A DNA stretch of 55,080 bases, from positions 1 through 55,080 of the forward strand of contig JBCCLX010000001.1 in the NCBI GenBank assembly GCA_039026635.1. The letters are read 5' to 3'. Made by a program: the position numbers and the translations under genes. The first letter of the stretch is position 1. The number at the start of each line of letters is the position of its first letter. The DNA is from Pseudomonadota bacterium (GTDB lineage: Bacteria > Pseudomonadota > Alphaproteobacteria > Rhodobacterales > Rhodobacteraceae). The notes under the pieces are model-generated. The model ran no database searches, had not been told where the DNA came from, and was given only the letters and a program-made list of their open reading frames with translations. This document shows, in pieces, positions 26,560 through 35,933 of this stretch.

Positions 26560-28680
26560 TTACGCGCCCGGGTTCTTGTAGAGACCGCGCCAGTCGATGG
26601 CCTTGGCGCCGAAGTCGAGGCGGCACTTGATCTCGACGCCGTCGACGTCGAAGCCGTTGCGGGTCTCGATATAGGCACCCTGCTGACCCTCGAGATAGGC
26701 GTACTCGATGGTGTCGATCTGGCTCGGGCTCGCCGCCAGATACCAGGCGGTCTCGCTGTTGGCGTCGAGCCGGGGTTCGCTGATCGGCGCGAGCGTGCGG
26801 ATCGACTGCGGCACGACGCTGGACGTCGCGGCGGGCACGAGGTTCTGCGCGACCAGCTGCTCGGCCTTAAGCTCCAGCGAGGCCGGCACGATCAGAAAGG
26901 CGGGGCGCACGTTCAGCACCGTCTTCTTGTCGAGACCGGTCTGCTTGGCCATGGCGGCCCGGGCCGCGCCCACCGCGTCAACCGCCAGTGCCGCGCCGGT
27001 ACCCGCGAGGTTCTTGTGCGAGGTGTGGAACAGCGCATTGCCGTCGGCCATCGCCGGGTTGGCGGTGATGATGCCCCAGACCACGTCCGACTCCAGCTGG
27101 GCGATGGAGTTGCCGTACATCGCGGGGATGCGGGTGAAGGCATCGAGGTCGTCGTTGATCAGCGTCTGGCGCGTGATGGCGACCACGCGGCCATAGGTCT
27201 TGACCTTGTAGCTCTCCTTGCTCTCGCCCAGCGTCCCGCGCTTGAACTCGCCACTCTCGCCGACCTCCAGCAGCTGCGGCGCTTCGCCCAGCTGGACGCG
27301 GTGCATCGCCTTGAAGTCGGTGGCGAGCACCTGGCGGCAGAACAGCATGAACGTGCGGGGATAGGCCTCGTAGGCCTGTCGGAGGGTCTTGTTGGTGACC
27401 GCCGACAGGATCTCGGGGAAGTCAGAGGTCGAGTGCAGCGCGCGGGTCGCCACCTCGTCGCGCGACAGGCCCCGCGTGTTCACGCCCGCATTGCCGAGGC
27501 TTTCGCGGGACAGTTCCAGCAGCGTCATGCCGCGGTACTGGCGGGCGGCGTCCTCCAGCTGGAACAGCGTCGGGCTGTAGCGGTGCAGCAACGCGTTCGC
27601 CACGGCGTCGCGACGGGTGATGCGCTCGTCCCGGCCGCCGAGCGGCACGGAGACATGCGGGAAGATCCGGGTCTCGTCGGATTTCGCCGCGACCTGGTCG
27701 AGGATCAGGCGGCGGGACTCGTCCACGCTGACGCCGCGCTTGACCAGATCCTCGGCGAAGCCACGCTCGAGGTTCAGGCGGCCCGCGAGATCGTAGATCG
27801 TGGAGACGCGGTCGCGCTCGGCCTCGCGGGCGCGGGTGGCGACGGCTTCGGTGTCGGACGCAGGCCCTGCCTGCGTCTTCGGCTGGCTGCGCGTCTCACT
27901 TGCGTGGACCTTCGGTTCGCTGGCGGCGACCTTCGGGTCGGGCGCAGCCGGTTTCGGCTCGGTCATGGCGGTGTCCTCGGTTGCGACCGGCTCGGTCGGC
28001 TGGGGGGTGGCGGGAGTTGCGGCGTCGCTCGCCGGGGTCTGGGTCTTGTCCGTCATCGGGGATGCTCCTTGCGGTGTGGGGGCGTCCCGGCGGTGGAGGA
28101 CGCAGTCGTGAAGGGGATGCTGGGCGCGGAAGCCCGCGGCGGGATCGGCGCCGACCGCGACGGCTGAGACCTCGAAGGGCGTCCAGTCGACGGCGCGCCA
28201 GAGTTCGCGCGCGGCCTCGGGCTTCGAGACCTCGAAGCGGTGGACCTGATAGCCGATGGAGACCGCCCGGATGTGCCCGGCCTGGATGTCACGCCAGATC
28301 GGCTCGACGTCGGCACGCTCGCTGATCCGGACCAGCGCGATGCCCCGGCCGTTCTCGATCCGGGCCGAGCCCGGCACGACCGAGCCGATCACCGCATCGA
28401 GCGTGTCGAGCTCGTGCACCTTGAGGAACGGCGCGCCCGCGTTCAGCCGCTCGAGCCGGACATGGGCGGGATCGAGGCTCAGTTCCTCGTCATAGGGCTC
28501 GCCGAAGAAGGTGGCGCGGCGGACGCGCGCGCCCGCCGACCAGACCACCTCGACGGTGCGGCTGTCGGCATCGGCCGTGTTCGGCGCAAGCTCCGCCGCG
28601 CGCACGCTTCGCGTGCCAATCATAGGATAGGCGGCGTCCGCCGCCGGGCGCATGGCCGGCAGTTCGATCATCGTGTCCAT
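26560..28680 (-). CDS. Prohead protease / major capsid protein fusion
   Basis: Protease motifs PFLKVH, VSIGY, W.PFEVSAV.VGAD; Pro/Thr linker; capsid HSTSDFP...DWRGLYKNPG. Confidence 0.93.
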   Translation of the reverse strand: MDTMIELPAMRPAADAAYPMIGTRSVRAAELAPNTADADSRTVEVVWSAGARVRRATFFGEPYDEELSLDPAHVRLERLNAGAPFLKVHELDTLDAVIGSVVPGSARIENGRGIALVRISERADVEPIWRDIQAGHIRAVSIGYQVHRFEVSKPEAARELWRAVDWTPFEVSAVAVGADPAAGFRAQHPLHDCVLHRRDAPTPQGASPMTDKTQTPASDAATPATPQPTEPVATEDTAMTEPKPAAPDPKVAASEPKVHASETRSQPKTQAGPASDTEAVATRAREAERDRVSTIYDLAGRLNLERGFAEDLVKRGVSVDESRRLILDQVAAKSDETRIFPHVSVPLGGRDERITRRDAVANALLHRYSPTLFQLEDAARQYRGMTLLELSRESLGNAGVNTRGLSRDEVATRALHSTSDFPEILSAVTNKTLRQAYEAYPRTFMLFCRQVLATDFKAMHRVQLGEAPQLLEVGESGEFKRGTLGESKESYKVKTYGRVVAITRQTLINDDLDAFTRIPAMYGNSIAQLESDVVWGIITANPAMADGNALFHTSHKNLAGTGAALAVDAVGAARAAMAKQTGLDKKTVLNVRPAFLIVPASLELKAEQLVAQNLVPAATSSVVPQSIRTLAPISEPRLDANSETAWYLAASPSQIDTIEYAYLEGQQGAYIETRNGFDVDGVEIKCRLDFGAKAIDWRGLYKNPGA

Positions 28681-28685
28681 ATGGG

Positions 28686-30212
28686 TCAGTCCTGTTGGTC
28701 GGCCTGCGCCGGGTCATTGTCCGCGTCGGCGGCCGGATCGTTCGCCGGATCGCTGGTCTGCGCGCTGCCGGTCTTGGTGACGCGACGCGGGTCGCTGTCG
28801 AGCACCAGCCCCAGCGCATCGAGCTTGGCGTTGGTCGCGGCGATCTCGGCGAGCACGGCGTCCGGGTTGCGGCCCTGCCGGGCGATCACCTCGGCCAGCG
28901 TCATGGTGCCGGAGCGGATCGACAGCAGGTTCGCCATCGCATCCTTCTGCGGATCGACCGCCTCGAACTTCGGCGGCGACCATTCGACCGGCACGATGGG
29001 CGACGGGATCTGACCCGCCGCCCACGCGGCTTCCGTGAACCAGCGCCAGACCGGGGCGCAGAACATCGGAATGAGCAGCTGCCATTGCACGGCGTCGATC
29101 TGGCGGCGGAACTCGACGAGCCCCGCCCGGATCGAGGAATAGTTCACTTGGGACAGGTCCCCGGTCAGCAGCTCGTAAGGCACCCGGAACCCGGCCGAGA
29201 TCGTGTGCAGGCTCGCCCGCTTGTATTCGCCGTAGCCGCCGGTGGCCGACGGCTGGTTGAACCGGATGTCCTTGCCGCCCCGCGCATAGGCGATCAGTCC
29301 CGGCTCGAACTGCTCGACCCGGTTGCCATCGGCGTCGACCACGGAGGGCGCGATCCCCTGCTGGGCCTCGTCGTCGCCGAAGACGATGGCGGTGACGCAG
29401 GCTTCGGTCTTCTTGCGGACCAGCTCTGCAACCTCGTAGTCGTCGAGATCGCGCAAGCTGCGGATCACCGGCGCACCCCAGGGAACGCCGCGCGCCTGCG
29501 TGCGCTGCTTCTCGTAGACATGGGTGATCTCGGTCGCGGGCACCGGGCGGCTCTGCAACCCGTTCTGCAAGGCGCCATAGGCGTCGCCCGGATGCTCGGC
29601 ATGGAGCCAGTAGGCCCGGCGCTTGCCGACCGGGTCGAACTCGATCCCCTGCACCAGCCGTCCCGCGCCGATGGCGCCGGATTTCGTGGCGTCGAGGAAG
29701 TCCGCCTCCAGCACCTGCACTTGCAGCGGCACTGGCAGACCATCCGACGACCGGCGCAGCCTTCGACGCACCAGTACTTCGCCCGCCTCGACCATCTCGC
29801 GGCAGATCAACGTCTGCAGGCCGTAGAAGTCGAGCTGACCGTCGGCATCGCACTCGGCCGTCCAGCGTTCGAACAGAGCATCGACCGTCCGATCCAGCGT
29901 GTCGTCGCCACTGGCGGCGCGCGGCATGATGCCCGCGCCGATGATGTTGTTGACCAGCACCGCGACGGCCTTGGCCGCATGCGGGTTGTTGCGCACCAGA
30001 TCGCGCATCCGGTCGCGCAGCAGGGCACCGGCCACGCCGATCTCGGTGTCGGCCGAGGATCCCGGCGCGCGCCAGCCCTCCGTCCGCCGTCCGCGTGCGG
30101 CGCCATCGTAGCCCCGCGCCAGGGTCTCGAAGGCCTGCCGCGCCATCACGCGGCGGGCCGCCATGCGCGGCGCCACCGTGGCGATGGCGTGATCGAACCA
30201 GGTGGCCGACAT
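28686..30212 (-). CDS. Portal protein, lambda family
   Basis: LRDRMRDLVRNN, QGIEFD..G.R.AYW, Q.RGVPW, GDLSQVNYSS.RAG, VDP.KD. Confidence 0.94.
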   Translation of the reverse strand: MSATWFDHAIATVAPRMAARRVMARQAFETLARGYDGAARGRRTEGWRAPGSSADTEIGVAGALLRDRMRDLVRNNPHAAKAVAVLVNNIIGAGIMPRAASGDDTLDRTVDALFERWTAECDADGQLDFYGLQTLICREMVEAGEVLVRRRLRRSSDGLPVPLQVQVLEADFLDATKSGAIGAGRLVQGIEFDPVGKRRAYWLHAEHPGDAYGALQNGLQSRPVPATEITHVYEKQRTQARGVPWGAPVIRSLRDLDDYEVAELVRKKTEACVTAIVFGDDEAQQGIAPSVVDADGNRVEQFEPGLIAYARGGKDIRFNQPSATGGYGEYKRASLHTISAGFRVPYELLTGDLSQVNYSSIRAGLVEFRRQIDAVQWQLLIPMFCAPVWRWFTEAAWAAGQIPSPIVPVEWSPPKFEAVDPQKDAMANLLSIRSGTMTLAEVIARQGRNPDAVLAEIAATNAKLDALGLVLDSDPRRVTKTGSAQTSDPANDPAADADNDPAQADQQD

Positions 30213-30421
30213 CAGCGATCCCCGCGCGAGAAGCCAGCCAGCCCGGCCACGGGCTGCGGTCGGCTGACGCCCGCGATGGCGCGCTCGATGGTCCGGATGC
30301 GGGCGAGCAGGTCCTCGGCCGAGCCGTAGTCGACGGACTTGCCGTCATAGCTGACCCGGGTCGTGCCGCTGGCATAGGCCCGGCGCAGCGCCGAGAGCTC
30401 GGTTTCCGTCCAGTCGGTCAT
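30212..30421 (-). CDS. Head-tail adaptor (lambda gpW-like)
   Basis: 69 aa, L.ALRRAYASG...VSYDGKSVDY.S..DL, between terminase and portal. Confidence 0.85.
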   Translation of the reverse strand: MTDWTETELSALRRAYASGTTRVSYDGKSVDYGSAEDLLARIRTIERAIAGVSRPQPVAGLAGFSRGDR

Positions 30422-30422
30422 G

Positions 30423-32438
30423 TCAGAACCATCCTCCGCGTCGGCCCAGCCAGTCCGACTGCCGCTTTCCTTGGGGTGCGGAGTGCGGTCGGTTGACCCG
30501 TCCTGCGCCATCCATTTCCGTTGGCGCCGCCCCGAGCTGATCCTCGAGGTCGCGCCATTTCTCGTCCGGCCAGCGATCCGCGCCCGCGATCCAGGCGGCG
30601 GCGCGGGCATAGACCCGGCAGTCCAGAGCCTCGTTGCGCTCACGCAGCTTCTGCCATTCCAGCCGGGCGAAGCCGCGCTTCGTGCGCACCGTCACCAGCT
30701 GCTCGGCCACGAACTGCTTCAGCCATTCGTTCTCGACCCAATGCGGCAGATGCACCGAGCCGGGCGGGAACACCGCCCCGTTGGCCATCTCCTCTTCGGT
30801 CGGACGGGCCAGCCGCAGGAAGCGGTAGGTCTCGGCCTTGAAGGTCGAGACCGCCACGGTCCAGAGCCGCGCCCCGCGCCGCAGGCGTTTGCCGCCCTCG
30901 GTCGCGTCGACGAAGGTTGGCCCCGACACCGGGCTCGAGAGGTTGAACCCCTCGACGCCTTTCACAGGCGACACCTGCGCGAACCCCTGCGCCCGCGACC
31001 AGGAATAGACCGCCGGGGCCTCGTAGCCGGTGTCGATAGCAAGCCGCGCGATGCGAAGATGCGCGCCGCGTTCGTGCGGCCACGACCGGTCCAGCAGCGC
31101 GGTCAGTTCCGACCATGCGTCGTGCCGGTCGGGCCCGCCCTCGATGACGACGTGATCAACGAGCCAGCTTTCCAGACCGCGACCCCAGGCCCAGACATCG
31201 ACCTCGATCCGGTCCTTCTGCACGTCGGCCCCGGCGGTCAGGAACAGCCCGCCCGCAGGCACCGTGCCGGATGTCCAACGCTCGCGCCGGTCGTAGAGCC
31301 GCTGCCAGTCCGGCGCTTCGCCGATCTCGACCCATGTCTCACCGAGGATGGTGTTCCGAAACGCCTTGATCGCCTCGTCCGAGCCTTGGCACCCGTCCCA
31401 TGCCCGCACGATCCGCTCCCAGCTCAGCCAGCCGATCGGCGAGTAGAGCGCCGAGAGGTGATACCCGACCGTGCTCGGATCGGCGGCGGTCGCGGTCGCC
31501 CGCCATTCGCCGCCCTCCAGCATGGCCGTCTTGTGGTGTTCCGCGACGGGCGTCTCGCAGCCCTCGCAGTGATATTCCGCCGTCTCCGGCCGCCCCTTCT
31601 GCCAGCGCAGCCGGTCGAACTTGAGCCACTGCATCGCGCCGCAATGCGGGCACGGCACGAAGAACCGCCGCTGGTCGGAGGCCTCGAACTCCCGCTCGAT
31701 CCGGCTGAGCCCCCGGATGGTGGGCGTCGAGACCAAGAACACCTTTCGCCGATGGGCGAAGGTCAGCGACCGCGCCTCGGCCAGCGTGACCGGATCGCCT
31801 TCCTCGTCGGCCGAGGCTGGATAGGCGTCGACCTCGTCGAGGAAGATGTACCGCGCCGGTGTGGAGCGCAGCCCCACGGCCGAGTTGGCGCCCGTCATGA
31901 TCAGGATGCCGCCCGCGAATTCCTTCGACAGCATCGTGTTGCCCGCGTCACGGGACCGGGCGGGCTTCACCCGCTCCCGCAGCTCGGGGCTTTCGTCGAT
32001 CAGCGGGTCGATCCGCTGGCGGGAGTTGCGTTTCGCCAACTCCACCGTCGGCTGGACGGCGAGCATCGGGCCCGGCGCCTGGTGGATGGCGAAGCCGATC
32101 CAGTTGTTACCTGCCTCGGTCGCGCCGACCTGCGCCGCCTTCATGAATACGATCCGCTGCGTGGGGTCGCCGGGCGACAGCCGGTCCATGATCTCGCGCA
32201 TGTAGGGCGTGCGCCCTGTACGATACCGCCCGGGTTCGGCCGAGGCGCGGCCCGAGAGCATCCGATGTCGGTCCGCCCATTCCGAAACGGTCAGGTCCGG
32301 GTCGGGTCGAAGCCCGTTGCCCCAGGCGCGCAGGATCTCGCCCGCGCCGTCGAAGTCCGTCAGGCCGCCGAAATCATCGTTGTCATCACCGGAAGTCGGG
32401 CCGGACCTCGGCGAGTTCGTCGAGGTGGGCGCGTACAT
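30423..32438 (-). CDS. terL: Terminase large subunit (lambda gpA family)
   Basis: TPYMREIMD, MKAAQVGATE, FLDEVD, STPT, VPCPHCG, GADVQ, NEALDC; exact start uncertain. Confidence 0.95.
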   Translation of the reverse strand: MYAPTSTNSPRSGPTSGDDNDDFGGLTDFDGAGEILRAWGNGLRPDPDLTVSEWADRHRMLSGRASAEPGRYRTGRTPYMREIMDRLSPGDPTQRIVFMKAAQVGATEAGNNWIGFAIHQAPGPMLAVQPTVELAKRNSRQRIDPLIDESPELRERVKPARSRDAGNTMLSKEFAGGILIMTGANSAVGLRSTPARYIFLDEVDAYPASADEEGDPVTLAEARSLTFAHRRKVFLVSTPTIRGLSRIEREFEASDQRRFFVPCPHCGAMQWLKFDRLRWQKGRPETAEYHCEGCETPVAEHHKTAMLEGGEWRATATAADPSTVGYHLSALYSPIGWLSWERIVRAWDGCQGSDEAIKAFRNTILGETWVEIGEAPDWQRLYDRRERWTSGTVPAGGLFLTAGADVQKDRIEVDVWAWGRGLESWLVDHVVIEGGPDRHDAWSELTALLDRSWPHERGAHLRIARLAIDTGYEAPAVYSWSRAQGFAQVSPVKGVEGFNLSSPVSGPTFVDATEGGKRLRRGARLWTVAVSTFKAETYRFLRLARPTEEEMANGAVFPPGSVHLPHWVENEWLKQFVAEQLVTVRTKRGFARLEWQKLRERNEALDCRVYARAAAWIAGADRWPDEKWRDLEDQLGAAPTEMDGAGRVNRPHSAPQGKRQSDWLGRRGGWF

Positions 32439-32982
32439 GTCTCTCCAGCACCTTCTGCATCGCGGCTGGCTCCACGGTGATCTGCTGGCCCGTCGCGTCG
32501 CTGCACGAGGCGGAGAGCTCGGCCGCCATCAGCGCCGCCGCGCGCGCGGGCCAGGTCACCCATGCGTCCCGTTCCTCCCGCGCCAGCCGGAACACCAGCG
32601 CCATCGCGCGGGCCCGCTCGATCAACTCCCCCTTCAGCTTCTGGAGCCGGATGCGCCGCTCCTGCGCCTTCAGCACCTCGTTCGCCGTCTTGGCCTGCAG
32701 GAAGGTCGTGCCACCGCCGACGGCCGGAACCGCCAGCCCCTGTTCGCGCAGCGTGTCGCCGACAGCGGCCACGGCCGCCTCGGGGACAGGCTTCAGCTTC
32801 GGCGCTGGCGCCTTCCTCGTCTTCGACGGGTCCGTCGTCTCGGCACGCCTGGCGTCGCTGGCGGCCGCGTTGATGCTGCCGTCGGGATAGAGAACCAGGC
32901 GCTCGCCGGCCTTCGCCTTCTGGATCGCGCCCCGCGACATCCCGACATGGGCGGCGTACTGGCGCTCGCTCATGCCCTGCAT
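32386..32982 (-). CDS. terS: Terminase small subunit
   Basis: N-terminal HTH MSERQYAAHVGMSRGAIQKA, coiled coil, KLKGELIER; directly upstream of terL. Confidence 0.8.
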   Translation of the reverse strand: MQGMSERQYAAHVGMSRGAIQKAKAGERLVLYPDGSINAAASDARRAETTDPSKTRKAPAPKLKPVPEAAVAAVGDTLREQGLAVPAVGGGTTFLQAKTANEVLKAQERRIRLQKLKGELIERARAMALVFRLAREERDAWVTWPARAAALMAAELSASCSDATGQQITVEPAAMQKVLERHVRAHLDELAEVRPDFR

Positions 32983-33013
32983 CGACAGCTCCGATTATCA
33001 ATCAAGATCATGT

Positions 33014-33032
33014 GCTTATCGAGTTGATAAGC
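33014..33032. promoter_or_regulatory. Inverted repeat, candidate operator between divergent genes
   Basis: GCTTATC-N5-GATAAGC in an AT-richer spacer. Confidence 0.45.
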
Positions 33033-33093
33033 GTCGCGACCGGAGCGAACGTCACTCAAACGAAGCGATGCAACTCACCAAGGAGCCACCACG

Positions 33094-33402
33094 ATGACCA
33101 CCCGCCTGAACCCGATCACCACCCCGCGCTTTGAGCCCCGCGCCGAGAAGGCGCGCCGGAACAAGGGTGAGCCCGGTTCCGCCACCGGTTCGAGGAACCG
33201 GGCGAACGCGCTCGCGGCCTTCATCGGCAAGAAGGCCGAGATCGACCAGATGCTCGCCCGCCTGCAGGCGCTTAGCGACGACCATTTCAACTGCGCCCCC
33301 GACGAGGCGGGCTGGGCCATGGTCGGCACTCTCGAACACTACGCCAGCCTTCTGAAGCGCATCACCGACAGCGCCTTCGGCGAGGGCGAGCACGCCCGCT
33401 GA
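33094..33402 (+). CDS. Conserved prophage hypothetical protein
   Basis: AAGGAG RBS; ALAAFIGKKAEID.MLARLQALSDDHF..PDE..W. Confidence 0.8.
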   Translation: MTTRLNPITTPRFEPRAEKARRNKGEPGSATGSRNRANALAAFIGKKAEIDQMLARLQALSDDHFNCAPDEAGWAMVGTLEHYASLLKRITDSAFGEGEHAR

Positions 33403-33497
33403 ACTCCGGCGCTGCCGGAACTCCCGCCGCGCGCCCTGCGCGGCTCGGGGTCGTAGGAGGGTCGCGACGGTCGCGGCCCCGAACACGGAGACCCCAG

Positions 33498-34085
33498 ATG
33501 ACCAAGCTTTCCGATACCCAAGCAGTGATCCTCAGCGCCGCCGCGCAGCGCGAGGACCGCAATGTTCTGCCGCTTCCCGGCTCCCTTCGCGGCGGCGCCG
33601 CCGCCAAGGTGGTCGGCGCACTCCTCTCCCGCGGACTGATCGCCGAGACGACGACGGACAGTCAGACCAAGGCCGATGCCGCCCTTAACCGCATCTGGCG
33701 CAATGACGAGGACGGGCGGGCCATCCTCCTGCACATCACGGACGCGGGACTCGCCGCCATCGGCGTCGAGCCGGAGAGCGGCGACAGCGCGCCCACGGGC
33801 GCCGACGAGGCGCAGAGCGCGGAGGACCCGCAGGACGCTCCCGCCGAGGCCGATCCCGCGCCCAAGGCGCGCACGCCGCGCACGGGCACGAAGCAGGCGA
33901 AGCTTATCGAGATGCTCCGCGCCAAGGGCGGCGCGACCATCGACGAGATTGTCGCCGAAACGGGATGGCAGCCGCACACGGTCCGCGGCGCATTCGCCGG
34001 CGCGCTCAAGAAGAAGCTCGGGCTCGAAGTGACCTCCGAGAAGGTCGAGGGCCGCGGCCGGGTCTACAGCCTGCCGCGCGACTGA
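33498..34085 (+). CDS. DUF3489 winged-helix protein
   Basis: TKQAKLIEML....GATIDEI...TGWQPHTVRGA..GALKKKLGL...RVY. Confidence 0.9.
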   Translation: MTKLSDTQAVILSAAAQREDRNVLPLPGSLRGGAAAKVVGALLSRGLIAETTTDSQTKADAALNRIWRNDEDGRAILLHITDAGLAAIGVEPESGDSAPTGADEAQSAEDPQDAPAEADPAPKARTPRTGTKQAKLIEMLRAKGGATIDEIVAETGWQPHTVRGAFAGALKKKLGLEVTSEKVEGRGRVYSLPRD

Positions 34086-34107
34086 CGCCGCACACCACGA
34101 CGGACCC

Positions 34108-34139
34108 GATGCCGCCGTCCCGCATGGGGCGGCGGTATC
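34108..34139. terminator. Stem-loop between convergent genes
   Basis: GATGCCGCCGTCCC-GCAT-GGGGCGGCGGTATC, 14-bp stem with G-U pairs. Confidence 0.55.
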
Positions 34140-34364
34140 TCATCGTGCCCCGCGCACTCGGATCGCCTCGAAAAGGCGTCGTAGGGCGAAGGACCGCGCG
34201 ATGCTCACCACCGTGAATACCGCGCCCATCTTCAGGTTCTGCGCCAGCGTCGTGTGCAGCCCGAAGAACGGGAAGATCAGGATCTGCGTCACGACCGCGA
34301 CGCCGTAGCCCACCGCGACGTTCGCGACCGCCTCGACTAGCGACATGGCTCGGCTCTGTTTCAT
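34140..34364 (-). CDS. Small two-TM phage protein
   Basis: MKQSRAMSLVEAVANVAVGY...SIARSFALRRLF; ATGA overlap with the methyltransferase. Confidence 0.8.
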   Translation of the reverse strand: MKQSRAMSLVEAVANVAVGYGVAVVTQILIFPFFGLHTTLAQNLKMGAVFTVVSIARSFALRRLFEAIRVRGAR

Positions 34365-35692
34365 GCGGCCGCATCCTGATCCTTCGCGGAAAGGTCCAGT
34401 CGCTCGGCCTTCACCTCGGCGAAGGTCCGACCATCGCCATCGAGGATCGCGTCGCGGCCGGTCTCGGCCTGCCACCGCTCCACGGCGACATCGACATAGG
34501 CCGGGCTGATCTCCATCGCGAAGACGCGCCGGCCGTTCGCTTCGCCCGCCATGATCTGCGAGCCGGAACCACAGAAGGGCTCGTAGCAGAGGCCACCGCG
34601 GGCCACGTGCTGGCGCATCGGGATGCCGAACGCGTCCAGCGGTTTCGGCGTCGGGTGATCGGGGCGTTCGTCCTTGGCGAAGGACGGCATCTCCCAGGTC
34701 GAGGGCAGCGTCTGCTCTGCCACCTTCGGCGGGCGGTTCGGCCTGCGCCAGCCCATGAAGCAGGGTTCGTGCTTCCAGAGGTAGTGCGATCGGGTCAGGA
34801 CGCCCCGGTCCTTCACCCAGATGATCTGCTGATGAACGAAGGCGCCCGCCTTCTCCCAGCAGGCTTCCAGCATCGCCTGCCGGCGCGAAGCGTGCCAGCA
34901 ATACCAGGCCGCATCCTCGGCGATGGCTTCCGCCACGGCCGCGGCAATGAAGCCGTCGTAGAGTTCCGCCCCCTGCGAACTGTCGTCCCAGGTCGTGCCG
35001 TAGGACGCGGACCAATCCTTGTTTCGAGTCGGGTGGTTCGAGCCGTCGTAGTCGACAAGATACGGCGGGTCGGTCGCGAACAGTGCCGCGCGCTCGCCGT
35101 TCATCAGGCGGCGGACATCGTCGTGCGAGGTCGAGTCGCCGCAGAGCAGCCGGTGAACGCCGAGGATCCACAGATCGCCCGTTCGCGAGGCTGGATTGCG
35201 AGGCGGCTCGGGGATGGTCACCGGCGGCATGGAGCCCCCGGCGCGACCCTCTTCTTCACCGCCCCCGTCTGGATCGAAAGCCAGCAGCTTATCGAGCTCG
35301 CCGTCGGAGAAGCCGACCAGCGACAGGTCGTAGTCGTCCGCGAGCAGGTCCTGAAGTTCGGCCGAGAGCAGCGCCTCGTCCCAGCTTCCGAGTTCGGTCA
35401 GCTTGTTGTCCGCGATCCGGTAGGCCCGCCGCTGCGCCTCGGACAGATGCCCGAGCACGATCACCGGCGCCTCGGTCAGCCCGAGCTGTGTCGCAGCCAG
35501 GACGCGCCCGTGCCCAGCGATCAGCTCGCCGTCCTCGCCGACGAGGCACGGCACGGTCCAGCCGAACTCGGCCATGCTGGCGGCGATCTTCGCGACCTGG
35601 TCCGCGCCATGCACCTTCGCGTTCTTCGCGTAGGGTTGCAGGCGCGCAAGCGGCCAAGTCTCGATCCGCTCGGGGGCGAAGGCGAGTGTCAT
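34361..35692 (-). CDS. ParB-like domain fused to an N6/N4 DNA methyltransferase
   Basis: PYAKNAK.H..IAGHGR..A...IADNK (ParB); TDPPY, HPTPKP, EPFCGSGS. Confidence 0.92.
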   Translation of the reverse strand: MTLAFAPERIETWPLARLQPYAKNAKVHGADQVAKIAASMAEFGWTVPCLVGEDGELIAGHGRVLAATQLGLTEAPVIVLGHLSEAQRRAYRIADNKLTELGSWDEALLSAELQDLLADDYDLSLVGFSDGELDKLLAFDPDGGGEEEGRAGGSMPPVTIPEPPRNPASRTGDLWILGVHRLLCGDSTSHDDVRRLMNGERAALFATDPPYLVDYDGSNHPTRNKDWSASYGTTWDDSSQGAELYDGFIAAAVAEAIAEDAAWYCWHASRRQAMLEACWEKAGAFVHQQIIWVKDRGVLTRSHYLWKHEPCFMGWRRPNRPPKVAEQTLPSTWEMPSFAKDERPDHPTPKPLDAFGIPMRQHVARGGLCYEPFCGSGSQIMAGEANGRRVFAMEISPAYVDVAVERWQAETGRDAILDGDGRTFAEVKAERLDLSAKDQDAAA

Positions 35693-35882
35693 GGGCGGGT
35701 GGTTTCCGTCGATGAGGTGGATGCCAGCCGGAATCCGGACTCCGGATGCCACGCCGGACTCCATGCGGGGTCCAGCGGCATCCGGGGTATCCGGCCCGGA
35801 GGCCAGCGTTCTTTCGAGTTCGAGCGGGTGGCGTGTGGCTCCGGCTTCCGGGTGGCTTCCCAAAAATCCGGCCCTGACGCTG

Positions 35883-35933
35883 GCGAAATATCGCGCCAAG
35901 CCCGCCAGCATACATAATCGCCAAGAAGGAACC
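35883..35933 (-). other. Candidate cos (cohesive end) site
   Basis: GGTTCCT...TGGCGGGCTTGG CGCG ATATTTCGC resembles lambda cosQ GGGTCCT...GGGCGGCGACCT CGCG GGTTTTCGC. Confidence 0.4.
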
